From: Candidatus Methylomirabilis limnetica
GTDB lineage: Bacteria > Methylomirabilota > Methylomirabilia > Methylomirabilales > Methylomirabilaceae
Direction of reading: 5' to 3'
Assembly (NCBI RefSeq): GCF_003044035.1
Contig: NZ_NVQC01000007.1
Location: 1 to 32,000, forward strand
Length of the DNA stretch: 32,000 nucleotides
Part shown: positions 8,246 through 16,480 of the stretch, piece after piece
Layout of the letters: the number at the start of each line of letters is the position of its first letter
Position numbering within the stretch: the stretch's first letter is position 1
Notes under the pieces: model-generated
Told to the model about the DNA's origin: nothing
The model's database searches: none
The model's input: only the letters and a program-made list of their open reading frames with translations
Translations under genes and position numbers: made by a program

Positions 8246-9666
8246 ATCCTATCCGGTTCGGTACCTCCGGCTGGCGCGATGTCATCGCCGACACCTTCAC
8301 CTTTGCCAATGTCCGCCTAGTAACGCGAGCCATCGCAGAATACCTGCTCGACGAGGGAGCAGATCAACCACAGGTCGTCGTGGGGTACGACACTCGCTTT
8401 CTCTCGGAAGCCTTTGCGGCCGAGGCGGCGACGGTATTGGCGGCTCACGGAATCCGGGTCTGGCTCACTGATCGGGATACTCCGACACCCGTTATCGCTT
8501 ACGAAGTGATCCGCCGCGGCGCAGCAGGCGGCCTGAACATTACCGCCAGCCACAACCCTCCAGAATATAACGGGCTCAAATTCTCCGGCCCCTCAGGCGG
8601 CTCGGTTCCTCCCGCAGTCACCGATCGAATCGAAAAGAGGGTCCAGGAGCTACTGGCGCAACCCGAGGTCCAGTACCCCTCTCTCGCAGAGTTAGAGGCC
8701 AAGGGACTCGTGGTGCGGATCGACCCGCGGCCGACATACCTGAACCGACTACGGGAGCTGGTAGATCTCAAAGCGATTGCGGCAGCACGCCTGAAGGTGG
8801 CAGTCGACCTGCTCTACGGGACCGCCAGGGGCTACTTGGACGAGATCCTGCGCGAGGCCGGGTGTGACGTGCAGACCTTGCACGGATCCAGTAATCCCGC
8901 TTTCGGCGGTCTGACGCCGGACCCCTCGGAGATGAACCTCCGGGAGCTGGCGACTGTCGTGCGGGCCGGCGGATTTCATCTCGGGTTAGCCGCCGATGGC
9001 GATGCCGATCGATATGGGATTATTGACAAGGACGGCGGCTTCATCGAACCCAACTATATCCTGGCCCTGCTCCTGAAACACCTGACCACTACTCGCGGAT
9101 GGCGCATGGGGGTAGCTCGATCGGTGGCCACAAGCCATCTGGTCGATGCGGTGGCCCGACTGCAGGCGGTCCCGGTGTATGAAACCAAGGTCGGTTTCAA
9201 ATACCTCGGTGAACTCATCACCCAGGGAAAGGTCGCACTCTGCGGCGAGGAAAGCGCCGGATTGTCAATCCGGGGTCACGTGCCGGAAAAGGACGGAATT
9301 CTCGCCGCCCTCCTAGTAGCGGAAATGGTAGCCATAGCCGGTGGCCCCGGCGTCCAGAGCCTTCTCGATACGCTCTATGCCGAGGTGGGGGGTGCGATTT
9401 ACGCTCGCCGCCTGAACCTCCATCTGACGCGAGAGCAGCAAGGACGCCTAGCTGATCGCCTGAAGGATTTACCGGCGCGGGTGGGTGGACTTGCCGTAGT
9501 GGAGGTGAACACGCTGGACGGCACGAAGCTGCTGCTTGAGGACGGCAGTTGGTTCCTCGTGCGGCCTTCAGGAACAGAACCGGTGGTGCGTCTCTATCTG
9601 GACGCGCATTCCGAGGCACAGATTGAGGAGCTGACGACAGCGGCGCGGGCGCTCCTCGATGTCTGA
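8242..9666 (+). CDS. phosphoglucomutase/phosphomannomutase (alpha-D-phosphohexomutase)
   Basis: GTG start overlaps the upstream stop (GTGA). Motifs FGTSGWR, ITASHNPPEYNGLK (phosphoserine loop), AADGDADR (Mg loop), GEESAG (sugar loop). Confidence 0.9.
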   Translation: MNPIRFGTSGWRDVIADTFTFANVRLVTRAIAEYLLDEGADQPQVVVGYDTRFLSEAFAAEAATVLAAHGIRVWLTDRDTPTPVIAYEVIRRGAAGGLNITASHNPPEYNGLKFSGPSGGSVPPAVTDRIEKRVQELLAQPEVQYPSLAELEAKGLVVRIDPRPTYLNRLRELVDLKAIAAARLKVAVDLLYGTARGYLDEILREAGCDVQTLHGSSNPAFGGLTPDPSEMNLRELATVVRAGGFHLGLAADGDADRYGIIDKDGGFIEPNYILALLLKHLTTTRGWRMGVARSVATSHLVDAVARLQAVPVYETKVGFKYLGELITQGKVALCGEESAGLSIRGHVPEKDGILAALLVAEMVAIAGGPGVQSLLDTLYAEVGGAIYARRLNLHLTREQQGRLADRLKDLPARVGGLAVVEVNTLDGTKLLLEDGSWFLVRPSGTEPVVRLYLDAHSEAQIEELTTAARALLDV

Positions 9667-9684
9667 ACGGGTGGTGGCGTAAGG

Positions 9685-10053
9685 ATGCGGACGGGACAGG
9701 TTATCGCCAGCGCACAGGAGGAACTCGCAGCAGCGAAGCGCACCCGCAAACGGCGGATTGTCTTCGTCGCCGTCGTTCTGGTGATTCTGATAGCGGCTCC
9801 CTCTGTGGGCGGAAAGAAGAGCCTCGTCAAGATCTTTCAGATGAGCAAAACCAGGACCGAGCTTCAGCAGGAGATCAGCCGGCTCAGGCAGATCAACGAA
9901 GAGATCACTCGGGAGATCCAGGCCCTCGCCCACAATCCGAGTCAGGTCGAGGCAATTGCTCGCGAGGATCTCGGACTGGTTAAGCCGGGCGAGATCGTTT
10001 ACCAGTTCAGTTTGCAGAGGCCAACCACTGCTCTGCCAGCTCCCTCCCGTTGA
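9685..10053 (+). CDS. ftsB: septum formation initiator FtsB/DivIC family
   Basis: N-terminal TM (RIVFVAVVLVILIAAP), coiled-coil segment (ELQQEISRLRQINEEITREIQAL), and the family-typical EAIAREDLGLVKPGEIVYQF. Confidence 0.75.
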   Translation: MRTGQVIASAQEELAAAKRTRKRRIVFVAVVLVILIAAPSVGGKKSLVKIFQMSKTRTELQQEISRLRQINEEITREIQALAHNPSQVEAIAREDLGLVKPGEIVYQFSLQRPTTALPAPSR

Positions 10054-10083
10054 GTTGCGATGCCAGCCTACAGCCTGAACACC

Positions 10084-10239
10084 TATTCAGGTAGATAGAC
10101 TGTAGGAACGCGCACAGATGAGCCAGGCGTTTTTCTGAATGCGACGCGAAAACGATGGATACCGAAAAGGTTCCGAGCGCCTTGATTCGGTCCATGCGCA
10201 ATGGCTAACAGCCTTCAGCCTAAACACCTGCGTAGTTAC
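10084..10239. repeat. copy A of a ~165-bp inverted-repeat-bounded (MITE-like) element; left end replaced or truncated
   Basis: Collinear with 10696-10862 at high identity by eye (..AGGTAGATAGACTGTA..AACGCGCAC.GATGAGCCAGGCGTTTT..AATGCGACGCGAA..GATGGA.ACCGAAAAGGTTC..CGCCTTGATTC.GTCC.TGCGCAA..CTAACAG.CTTCA..CCTAAA.CACCT..GTAGTTAC). Confidence 0.8.
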
Positions 10240-10267
10240 GTCTTATGTTCGGACCGGACTTTTGCGC

Positions 10268-10295
10268 TTGACATTGCTCGGCAGTTTTGTAAATC
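10268..10295 (+). promoter_or_regulatory. candidate sigma-70 promoter of the small-ORF transcript
   Basis: TTGACA (10268-10273)-N16-TAAATC (10290-10295). Confidence 0.35.
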
Positions 10296-10443
10296 TGTAC
10301 CCTCAGCGTGTGGCGTGTAGTTGGGGTAACGGTTAATGGTCTCATGGGTGTATCTCCTCGGTAGCGCGGTGCTCGGCTACTGAGGCGGATTCTCGATGCA
10401 CTGCTCAGTCAACAATCGCAGGATATAAAGGAGAAGATGGCAG

Positions 10444-10560
10444 ATGGCAGGAATGGCCGCGGTAGTAATAGGTATCCTTATGACACCGATAGGGGCTATC
10501 GGAGGGCTTGTTGCGCTTATAGCTCTTGGTCTTTTCGCTCGATGGGTCTTTAAGGATTAG
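10444..10560 (+). CDS. 38-aa hydrophobic peptide (candidate small membrane protein or type I toxin)
   Basis: Below the track's length cut-off. Own translation: MAGMAAVVIGILMTPIGAIGGLVALIALGLFARWVFKD*. AAGGAG at 10428-10433, 10 nt upstream. One Gly/Ala-rich TM helix with a basic/aromatic C-terminus. No homology evidence available. Confidence 0.35.
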   Translation: MAGMAAVVIGILMTPIGAIGGLVALIALGLFARWVFKD

Positions 10561-10612
10561 CCACAGAAATAACGATTCCACACTCGAATCTTCCGCCTTG
10601 TCTCGTACGTAA

Positions 10613-10652
10613 GAGAGGATCGAAGGCCTGCAGGAGGGCCTTCGATCCTCTC
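10613..10652 (+). other. 16-bp perfect GC-rich hairpin downstream of the small ORF (no U-tract)
   Basis: GAGAGGATCGAAGGCC (10613-10628), 8-nt loop TGCAGGAG, GGCCTTCGATCCTCTC (10637-10652). Confidence 0.6.
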
Positions 10653-10695
10653 CGTCCGGTCAAACCTCTCAGCATTGAAGAATCAGCGCCGTTCC

Positions 10696-10862
10696 GTAAC
10701 TACTTAGGTAGATAGACTGTAATAACGCGCACGGATGAGCCAGGCGTTTTCTAAATGCGACGCGAACATGATGGAGACCGAAAAGGTTCTGGACGCCTTG
10801 ATTCAGTCCGTGCGCAAAGACTAACAGTCTTCAACCTTCAGCCTAAAACACCTTGTAGTTAC
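10696..10862. repeat. copy B of the ~165-bp MITE-like element (complete ends)
   Basis: The ends GTAACTAC (10696-10703) and GTAGTTAC (10855-10862) are exact inverted repeats. Sub-terminal AGGTAGATAGACTGT / ACAGTCTTCAACCTTCAGCCTAAAACACCT belong to the GGCTGAA repeat family. The core is shared with copy A. Confidence 0.8.
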
Positions 10863-11154
10863 GCATCACGTTAGAACGTCACCAGCCGCTATCCGACGAG
10901 CGTTTTGACGCTCATTCTATCGCTTTTCCGCCCTGCTCGGCTCGTATGCATTAGTATCTGCGAGAAATTGGTTGCGACCACTCCTCTACTCCGCCAGAGG
11001 GGAGCGCCACTCATGTCTAATAACTGGCCCGTCGGTGCGCCAAAAGATCTTGCCAAAGGTTCACGATCCGACTATACTGAGTCATTAAAGTCAAGTGAAT
11101 AGCGGGTCCACCGTTGATGATTAGCATTGTGTAGCGCCAAGGGGAGAGGCGACA

Positions 11155-12309
11155 GTGAAGCGCGTAAGCATACTTGGCTCAACAGGGACTATCGGGGTCA
11201 AGGCCCTGGCAATGATAGATCTGCACCGCGACTCCTTTGAGGTGGTGGCTCTTGCGGCCAGGGATAATATCGATCTTCTGGAACAGCAGATCAGGCGGTT
11301 CTCTCCCCGCATTGTTGCTGTCGGAACCTCTAAGAGTGCGACAATCCTGAAAGATCGGGTGAAAGATGTACCCGTTGAGATCGGGTGGGGGGACGAGGGG
11401 GTACTGAGCGTCGCCACGGCGGCAGAGGCAGACATTGTCCTCTCCGCGATAGTGGGCGCGGCTGGCCTGCTTCCGAGCCTCGCCGCCATCAAGGCGGGAA
11501 AGGACATTGCCCTCGCCACGAAGGAGATCATGGTCATGGCGGGGGAGCTGGTGATCGCCGAGGCCCGAGCACGGGGCGTTCGGATCCTTCCCGTCGATAG
11601 CGAACATTCGGCCATCTTCCAGTGCCTGGGAGGACAAAATAGCTGTGAGCACTTGAAGCGGGTGCTCCTGACCTCCTCGGGCGGACCGTTCCGTCAGCGC
11701 CCGAAAGGAAGCTTCGCGAGTATTACCCCGGAAGAGGCGCTGCAGCACCCGACATGGGTCATGGGGAAGAAGATTACCGTCGATTCGGCTACCCTCATGA
11801 ATAAGGGGCTGGAAGTCATCGAAGCCAGTTGGCTCTTTTCCCTCACGCCGCAACAGATCGACGTAATTATTCACCCACAGAGCATTATCCATTCGATGGT
11901 GGAGTTCATGGACGGTTCGATCCTGGCTCAGATGGGGGTGACAGACATGGGGCTGCCGATCCTGTACGCCCTCTCGTACCCTGATCGGCTTCAGTCTCCA
12001 CTACCGCCCCTCGACCTGAACGCCCTGTCGGCTTTGACCTTCGAACCGGTTGATCACGAAAGGTTCCCCTGCCTTGGATTCGCCTATCAGGCGCTCCAGG
12101 CCGGGGGGACCTATCCGGCCGTCCTCAACGCAGCCAACGAAGTGGCGGTGGACCTGTTTCTCTCCAGCCGGATCACTTTCCCTGACATTCCCGCCCTCAT
12201 CGCCAAAACGATGGACAGCCACCAGGGTCGTAAGATCGATTCTCTTGAAGATGCTCTGGATGCCGATCGCGAGGCCAGACGGCTGGTCTTGGCGGCACTG
12301 CAAACCTAA
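11155..12309 (+). CDS. dxr: 1-deoxy-D-xylulose-5-phosphate reductoisomerase
   Basis: GTG start with GGGGAGAGG RBS. ILGSTGTIGVKAL NADPH-binding motif; PVDSEHSAIFQCL; LTSSGGPFR; ATLMNKGLEVIEA. Confidence 0.95.
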   Translation: MKRVSILGSTGTIGVKALAMIDLHRDSFEVVALAARDNIDLLEQQIRRFSPRIVAVGTSKSATILKDRVKDVPVEIGWGDEGVLSVATAAEADIVLSAIVGAAGLLPSLAAIKAGKDIALATKEIMVMAGELVIAEARARGVRILPVDSEHSAIFQCLGGQNSCEHLKRVLLTSSGGPFRQRPKGSFASITPEEALQHPTWVMGKKITVDSATLMNKGLEVIEASWLFSLTPQQIDVIIHPQSIIHSMVEFMDGSILAQMGVTDMGLPILYALSYPDRLQSPLPPLDLNALSALTFEPVDHERFPCLGFAYQALQAGGTYPAVLNAANEVAVDLFLSSRITFPDIPALIAKTMDSHQGRKIDSLEDALDADREARRLVLAALQT

Positions 12310-12324
12310 GGTGAGGAGAAGGGC

Positions 12325-13470
12325 TTGTACGCTGGTATGATAGCCTTGGTAACTACGGCTGCCTTCAGCCTCTTTGATGTGGTAGATCCTCGACCGCTCC
12401 TTTCGCATCTCGACTCTCTCCTTTGGGCTGTCCTCGTCCTGGGTGGGCTCATCTTCATCCACGAGCTCGGCCACTTCCTGGTCGCCAAGCGGGCGGGGGT
12501 CAAGGTGTTAAAATTCTCCCTCGGTTTTGGCCCAAAAATTATCGGGATAACGCGGGGCGAGACCGAATATCTCCTATCCGCTATCCCGCTTGGCGGCTAT
12601 GTCAAGATGCACGGTGAGGATCCCAAGGAAGAGGTGGCCGACCCGGAAAGATCGTTTTCCGCAAAATCGGTCGGGTGGCGCTCGCTGATCATCCTGGCCG
12701 GCCCTGGATCCAATCTTCTCCTTGCCGTCGCCATCTTCTGGGTTATCTTCACGATCAGTGGTGTCCCGGTCCCTTCTACCAGAATTGGCAAGATTTTGGA
12801 GGGATACCCAGCCCAGACCGCAGGACTGAAAACCGACGACAGAATCTTGGCAATCGACGGGAATCCGGTCGATAGCTGGGAAGACATACCAGCGAGGATT
12901 TCCAAGCGCGCCGGTCAACCTGTTCAGCTAACAGTAGAACGGGAAGGAACTAAGTTCGATGTCACTGTCCATCCGAAAATTGACAGAGTAAAGAGTATAT
13001 TTGGAGAAGAAGAGGAAATTGGACGAATCGGGATTTCACAGGCCGAAAACATCGTTATGGCCAAAGCCAATCCGCTTAGCGCATTCGGCAGAGCGATCTC
13101 TCATACGTACGATCTCAGCCGCCTGATCCTGCTCACCTTTGTCAAGCTGATCCAGGGTGTTGTCCCGGCCAAGACGATTGGTGGACCGCTCCTGGTGGCG
13201 CAGATGGCCGGCCAGCAAGCGCGCCTGGGTATCTTGTATCTCCTGAACTTTACCGCCGTCCTATCCATTAACCTGGCAATCCTGAATCTGCTGCCGATCC
13301 CTATTCTGGATGGGGGGCACCTGCTCTTCTCGCTGATTGAAGCCGTTCGCGGTAAGCCAGTCAGCCTGCAGAAGCGAGAGATGGCTCAGCAGGTTGGAAT
13401 GGCCATGTTGGTGGCCCTGATGATTTTTGCCTTCTACAACGATATCTTCCGCCTGCTTGGAAAACAGTGA
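12325..13470 (+). CDS. rseP: RIP metalloprotease RseP (site-2 protease, M50)
   Basis: HELGHF (HExxH), a single PDZ-like segment (AGLKTDDRILAIDGNPV), C-terminal NLLPIPILDGGH. Start is TTG 12325 (GAGGAG 5 nt upstream) or ATG 12337. Confidence 0.9.
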   Translation: MYAGMIALVTTAAFSLFDVVDPRPLLSHLDSLLWAVLVLGGLIFIHELGHFLVAKRAGVKVLKFSLGFGPKIIGITRGETEYLLSAIPLGGYVKMHGEDPKEEVADPERSFSAKSVGWRSLIILAGPGSNLLLAVAIFWVIFTISGVPVPSTRIGKILEGYPAQTAGLKTDDRILAIDGNPVDSWEDIPARISKRAGQPVQLTVEREGTKFDVTVHPKIDRVKSIFGEEEEIGRIGISQAENIVMAKANPLSAFGRAISHTYDLSRLILLTFVKLIQGVVPAKTIGGPLLVAQMAGQQARLGILYLLNFTAVLSINLAILNLLPIPILDGGHLLFSLIEAVRGKPVSLQKREMAQQVGMAMLVALMIFAFYNDIFRLLGKQ

Positions 13471-13473
13471 GAT

Positions 13474-13560
13474 CGTTCGAAGTTCAAAGTTCAAGGTTGG
13501 AGTTCACGATGCTGGTTGTTGAGAACCTTGCACGTTGAACATTGTACTTTCTTGAACGTG
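13474..13560. repeat. imperfect palindrome with heptamer-unit arms in the rseP-ispG spacer
   Basis: Left arm CGTTCGAAGTTCAAAGTTCAAGGTTGGAGTTCACG contains tandem AGTTCAA units. The right side (..CACGTTGAACATTGTACTTTCTTGAACGTG) is roughly its reverse complement. Confidence 0.5.
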
Positions 13561-13564
13561 AATC

Positions 13565-14641
13565 ATGATTGAAAGACGTAAGACACGGCAGATTCAGGTT
13601 GGACCAGTCAGGGTCGGCGGTGACGCGCCGGTGACTGTCCAATCGATGACGAAGACCGATACGCGGGACGTCCGGGCCACGGTGGATCAGATCTGGGCAT
13701 TGGAGGCAGCCGGGTGTGACATCGTGCGAGTCGGTGTCCCGGACAAAGACGCTGCAGAAACACTGGGCGAGATTCGAAAGCAGATCAGGATCCCGCTGAT
13801 TGCCGATATTCACTTCGATTATAGACTCGCCCTCATTGCCCTCGATCAGGGAGTCGACGGCCTCCGCCTCAACCCCGGCAACATCGGGGACCGTTCTCGC
13901 GTGGAAGAGATCGTCAAGGTGGCGGCGGAGCGAAAGATTCCGATCCGCATTGGCGTGAACGCCGGATCTCTGGAAAAGGACCTGCTGGCCAGGGACGGCG
14001 GGCCGACTCTAAAGGGGATGGTGGAGAGCGCCCTGCGCCACATCCGGATTCTCGAAGACCTGAACTATCCCGAGATGAAGGTCTCGCTGAAGGCCTCTGA
14101 TCCCCTGATGATGATTGAAGCATACCGCCTCCTGGCGGAAGAGATCGACTACCCTCTCCACCTTGGCGTCACAGAGGCCGGGACGCCGGGGGTGGGAACG
14201 ATCAGGTCGGCCGTCGGCATCGGGACGCTGCTTGCCGAGGGAATCGGCGACACCATCCGAGTGTCGCTCTCGGCCGATCCCGTCGAGGAGATCAAGGCGG
14301 GAATAGCCATCTTGAAGTCACTCGGTCTTCGGAAGGGCGGGCTGACCTTCGTCTCCTGTCCGTCTTGTGCGAGGGCCGATATCGATCTGGTTGCCCTCGC
14401 CCAGGATGTAGAGCAGCGACTGGCGGGGATCACCAGGGAGATCCACGTCGCCGCGATGGGGTGTGAGGTGAACGGACCAGGAGAGGCCAGAGGCGCCGAC
14501 ATTGGGGTCGCCGGCGGTAAGGGGATCGGCTGGATTTTTAGGAAGGGAGAGGTGATTCGCAAGGTCAAGGAGTCGGAGATCGCCGATGCCCTGATGGAGG
14601 AGATCAACAAGATGTTGGCAGAAGGCGACGGCCATACTTAG
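13565..14641 (+). CDS. ispG: 4-hydroxy-3-methylbut-2-en-1-yl diphosphate synthase
   Basis: MIERRKTRQIQVGPVRVGGDAPVTVQSMT..., Fe-S cysteines in FVSCPSCAR and GCEVNGPGE. Confidence 0.95.
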   Translation: MIERRKTRQIQVGPVRVGGDAPVTVQSMTKTDTRDVRATVDQIWALEAAGCDIVRVGVPDKDAAETLGEIRKQIRIPLIADIHFDYRLALIALDQGVDGLRLNPGNIGDRSRVEEIVKVAAERKIPIRIGVNAGSLEKDLLARDGGPTLKGMVESALRHIRILEDLNYPEMKVSLKASDPLMMIEAYRLLAEEIDYPLHLGVTEAGTPGVGTIRSAVGIGTLLAEGIGDTIRVSLSADPVEEIKAGIAILKSLGLRKGGLTFVSCPSCARADIDLVALAQDVEQRLAGITREIHVAAMGCEVNGPGEARGADIGVAGGKGIGWIFRKGEVIRKVKESEIADALMEEINKMLAEGDGHT

Positions 14642-14765
14642 CGGTCAGCCAACAGACTCTTGCTGCACGTTGGCTGCTCATAGCTGATCATTTTCCCCGG
14701 GGGAGTGCATACGACTCGCTCCCCCTTTATTTTTTCTGAAAGCTGACAGCTGATGGCTGAACGCT
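14640..14765. repeat. inverted-repeat cassette enclosing the ispG terminator
   Basis: AGCGGTCAGCCAACAG (14640-14655, overlapping the ispG stop) versus CTGACAGCTGATGGCTGAACGCT (14743-14765), whose reverse complement is AGCGTTCAGCCATCAGCTGTCAG. Same architecture as 2797-2912 and 21395-21506. Confidence 0.6.
14699..14736 (+). terminator. rho-independent terminator after ispG
   Basis: GGGGGAGTG (14699-14707), 9-nt loop, CGCTCCCCC (14717-14725), then TTTATTTTTT. Confidence 0.7.
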
Positions 14766-14784
14766 TCTTATTTGGGGTTACGCC

Positions 14785-16044
14785 ATGCGTTGGACCAGAT
14801 CACTGATCCCGACACTGAAAGAAGAACCTGCAGAAACAGAGGCGGTCAGCCATACACTGATGATTCGGGCCGGCTTGGTTCGACAGCTCGCGGCTGGAAT
14901 TTACGTCTACCTGCCACTAGGGCAGCGGGTGATGGACAAGGTGAACGGTATCATCCGTGAAGAGATAAATGGGATCGGCGGGCAGGAGATCACTATGCCG
15001 ATCCTGCACCCGGCCGAGCTGTGGCAGCAAACCGGACGATGGACGACCATCGGCGAGGAGATGTTTCGGCTGCAAGATCGTGGCAAGCGTCAAATGTGTC
15101 TGGGGATGACCCACGAAGAGGTCATTGCCTGGCTTGCAGCCCGGGAGATTCGATCTTACCGGGATCTCCCGCAGATCTGGTACCAGATCCAGACCAAGCT
15201 CCGAGACGAGGCAAGGCCCAAGAGCGGTATCCTCCGGACGCGGGAGTTCCTGATGAAGGACTCCTACTCGCTGGACCGGGATGATGAGGGGCTGGAGAGG
15301 AGCTACGAGCTTCACAAGGAAGCCTATCGTCGCATCGTGACGCGGTGCGGCCTGTCCTGTCACGTCGTCGAGAGCGACCCGGGAATGATGGGCGGTGCAA
15401 CCGCGCACGAATTTATGGCGCCAAGCGAAGCCGGAGAGGATGAGGTTGCCCTCTGTGAGCGCTGCAGCTACTCGGCAAATGTCGAGCTCGCCATCTCAAA
15501 GCGATGTCCGCATTGCGAGGGCAGCCTGCGGACCCTGCGCGTGATCGAGGTCGGGAACATCTTCAAGCTCGGAACAAAATATTCGACTGCTCTCAAGGCG
15601 ATGTATCTAAATGAGGCCGGAGAGGAGCGCCCCATCGTCATGGGAAGCTACGGGATCGGGCCAGCCCGGATCGCCGCCGCCGCGATCGAGCAGCACCATG
15701 ATGAGCTGGGAATCATCTGGCCCACGACCATCGCGCCCTTTCAGCTCCATCTGCTGCCGGTGAACGTGCGCGATCAGAAGTTGGTTGAGATGACCGAGGC
15801 TATCTATACCCAATTTATAAGGGAGCGAATAGAGGTCCTGTACGATGACCGGGATGAGCGCCCAGGCGTGAAATTCAAGGACGCCGATCTGCTTGGCCTG
15901 CCCCTTAGAATGACCGTCGGAAACCGGGCCCTCAAGGAGGGAATGGTTGACTTGAAGGTACGAAAGACCGGCGAGGAGGTACAGGTCCCGCTATCGGAAG
16001 CGGTCTCCAGGGCACAAACCCTTCTTTCCCGCCTCACCGATTAA
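14785..16044 (+). CDS. proS: prolyl-tRNA synthetase, bacterial-type but lacking the INS editing domain
   Basis: MRWTRSLIPTLKEEPAETEAVSHTLMIRAGLVRQLAAGIYVYLPLG is a typical bacterial ProRS N-terminus. Class II core and anticodon-binding C-terminus are present. Only 419 aa. Confidence 0.9.
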   Translation: MRWTRSLIPTLKEEPAETEAVSHTLMIRAGLVRQLAAGIYVYLPLGQRVMDKVNGIIREEINGIGGQEITMPILHPAELWQQTGRWTTIGEEMFRLQDRGKRQMCLGMTHEEVIAWLAAREIRSYRDLPQIWYQIQTKLRDEARPKSGILRTREFLMKDSYSLDRDDEGLERSYELHKEAYRRIVTRCGLSCHVVESDPGMMGGATAHEFMAPSEAGEDEVALCERCSYSANVELAISKRCPHCEGSLRTLRVIEVGNIFKLGTKYSTALKAMYLNEAGEERPIVMGSYGIGPARIAAAAIEQHHDELGIIWPTTIAPFQLHLLPVNVRDQKLVEMTEAIYTQFIRERIEVLYDDRDERPGVKFKDADLLGLPLRMTVGNRALKEGMVDLKVRKTGEEVQVPLSEAVSRAQTLLSRLTD

Positions 16045-16125
16045 CGTTACCAAAAGTAGAGACCCTAGAACCACGTCTCCGCTGGGGGGTCCATGACTTT
16101 AAGCCTATTCGGCTATGAGCTAAAG

Positions 16126-16436
16126 GTAGCTACTCAGGTAGATAGGCTGAAGGCTGAAGGTTTTTAGGGACAAATAATGCGTGATCATACAAAACTCCGG
16201 AAAGGTCTTAAATCTACTGGGGGCTCATTCCCCGCGGATTGCCGCGAGTTCGTCATACCGGCGGAAGCCGGTATCCAGAGGGCCCGACTGGATTCCGTGT
16301 CAAGCACGGAATGACTGGCCAGAACAGAAGACGCTACTCAGCGGCTTACCGCGGGGTAGTTCATTGGCTTGATTTGTGCCTTGCGAGATAATTCAGAGCC
16401 TTCAGCCTTCAGCCTGAACACCTGAGCAGTTACTAC
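16126..16436. mobile_element. 311-bp MITE-like element with ~38-bp terminal inverted repeats and a nested second repeat
   Basis: Left end GTAGCTACTCAGGTAGATAGGCTGAAGGCTGAAGG (16126-). Right end CCTTCAGCCTTCAGCCTGAACACCTGAGCAGTTACTAC (-16436), whose reverse complement is GTAGTAACTGCTCAGGTGTTCAGGCTGAAGGCTGAAGG. The interior 16226-16316 carries a ..GTCATACCGGCGGAAGCCGGTATCCAG..CTGGATTCCGTGTCAAGCACGGAATGAC.. palindrome of the same type as 19391-19480. No transposase is present. Confidence 0.6.
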
Positions 16437-16480
16437 TAAAGTTTGACGACGTTAGCAGCCTGCTACGCCCTTGCCGCCCT

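Noticed and set aside
10007-10201. 64-aa minus-strand ORF, and the 10905..11102 plus-strand ORF, in the non-coding island
   Set aside because: The first lies inside repeat copy A, and the corresponding frame in copy B is broken. Neither has an RBS or recognisable features.
10330-10420. Possible tRNA or riboswitch in the leader of the small ORF
   Set aside because: No T-loop (GTTCGAATC-like) or cloverleaf arrangement could be found by eye, and I recognised no known riboswitch core. It is left as an unclassified structured leader.
11179-11892. 237-aa ORF antisense to dxr, and 11121..11615
   Set aside because: These are antisense shadow ORFs in GC-rich coding DNA with no motifs, and dxr is unambiguous.
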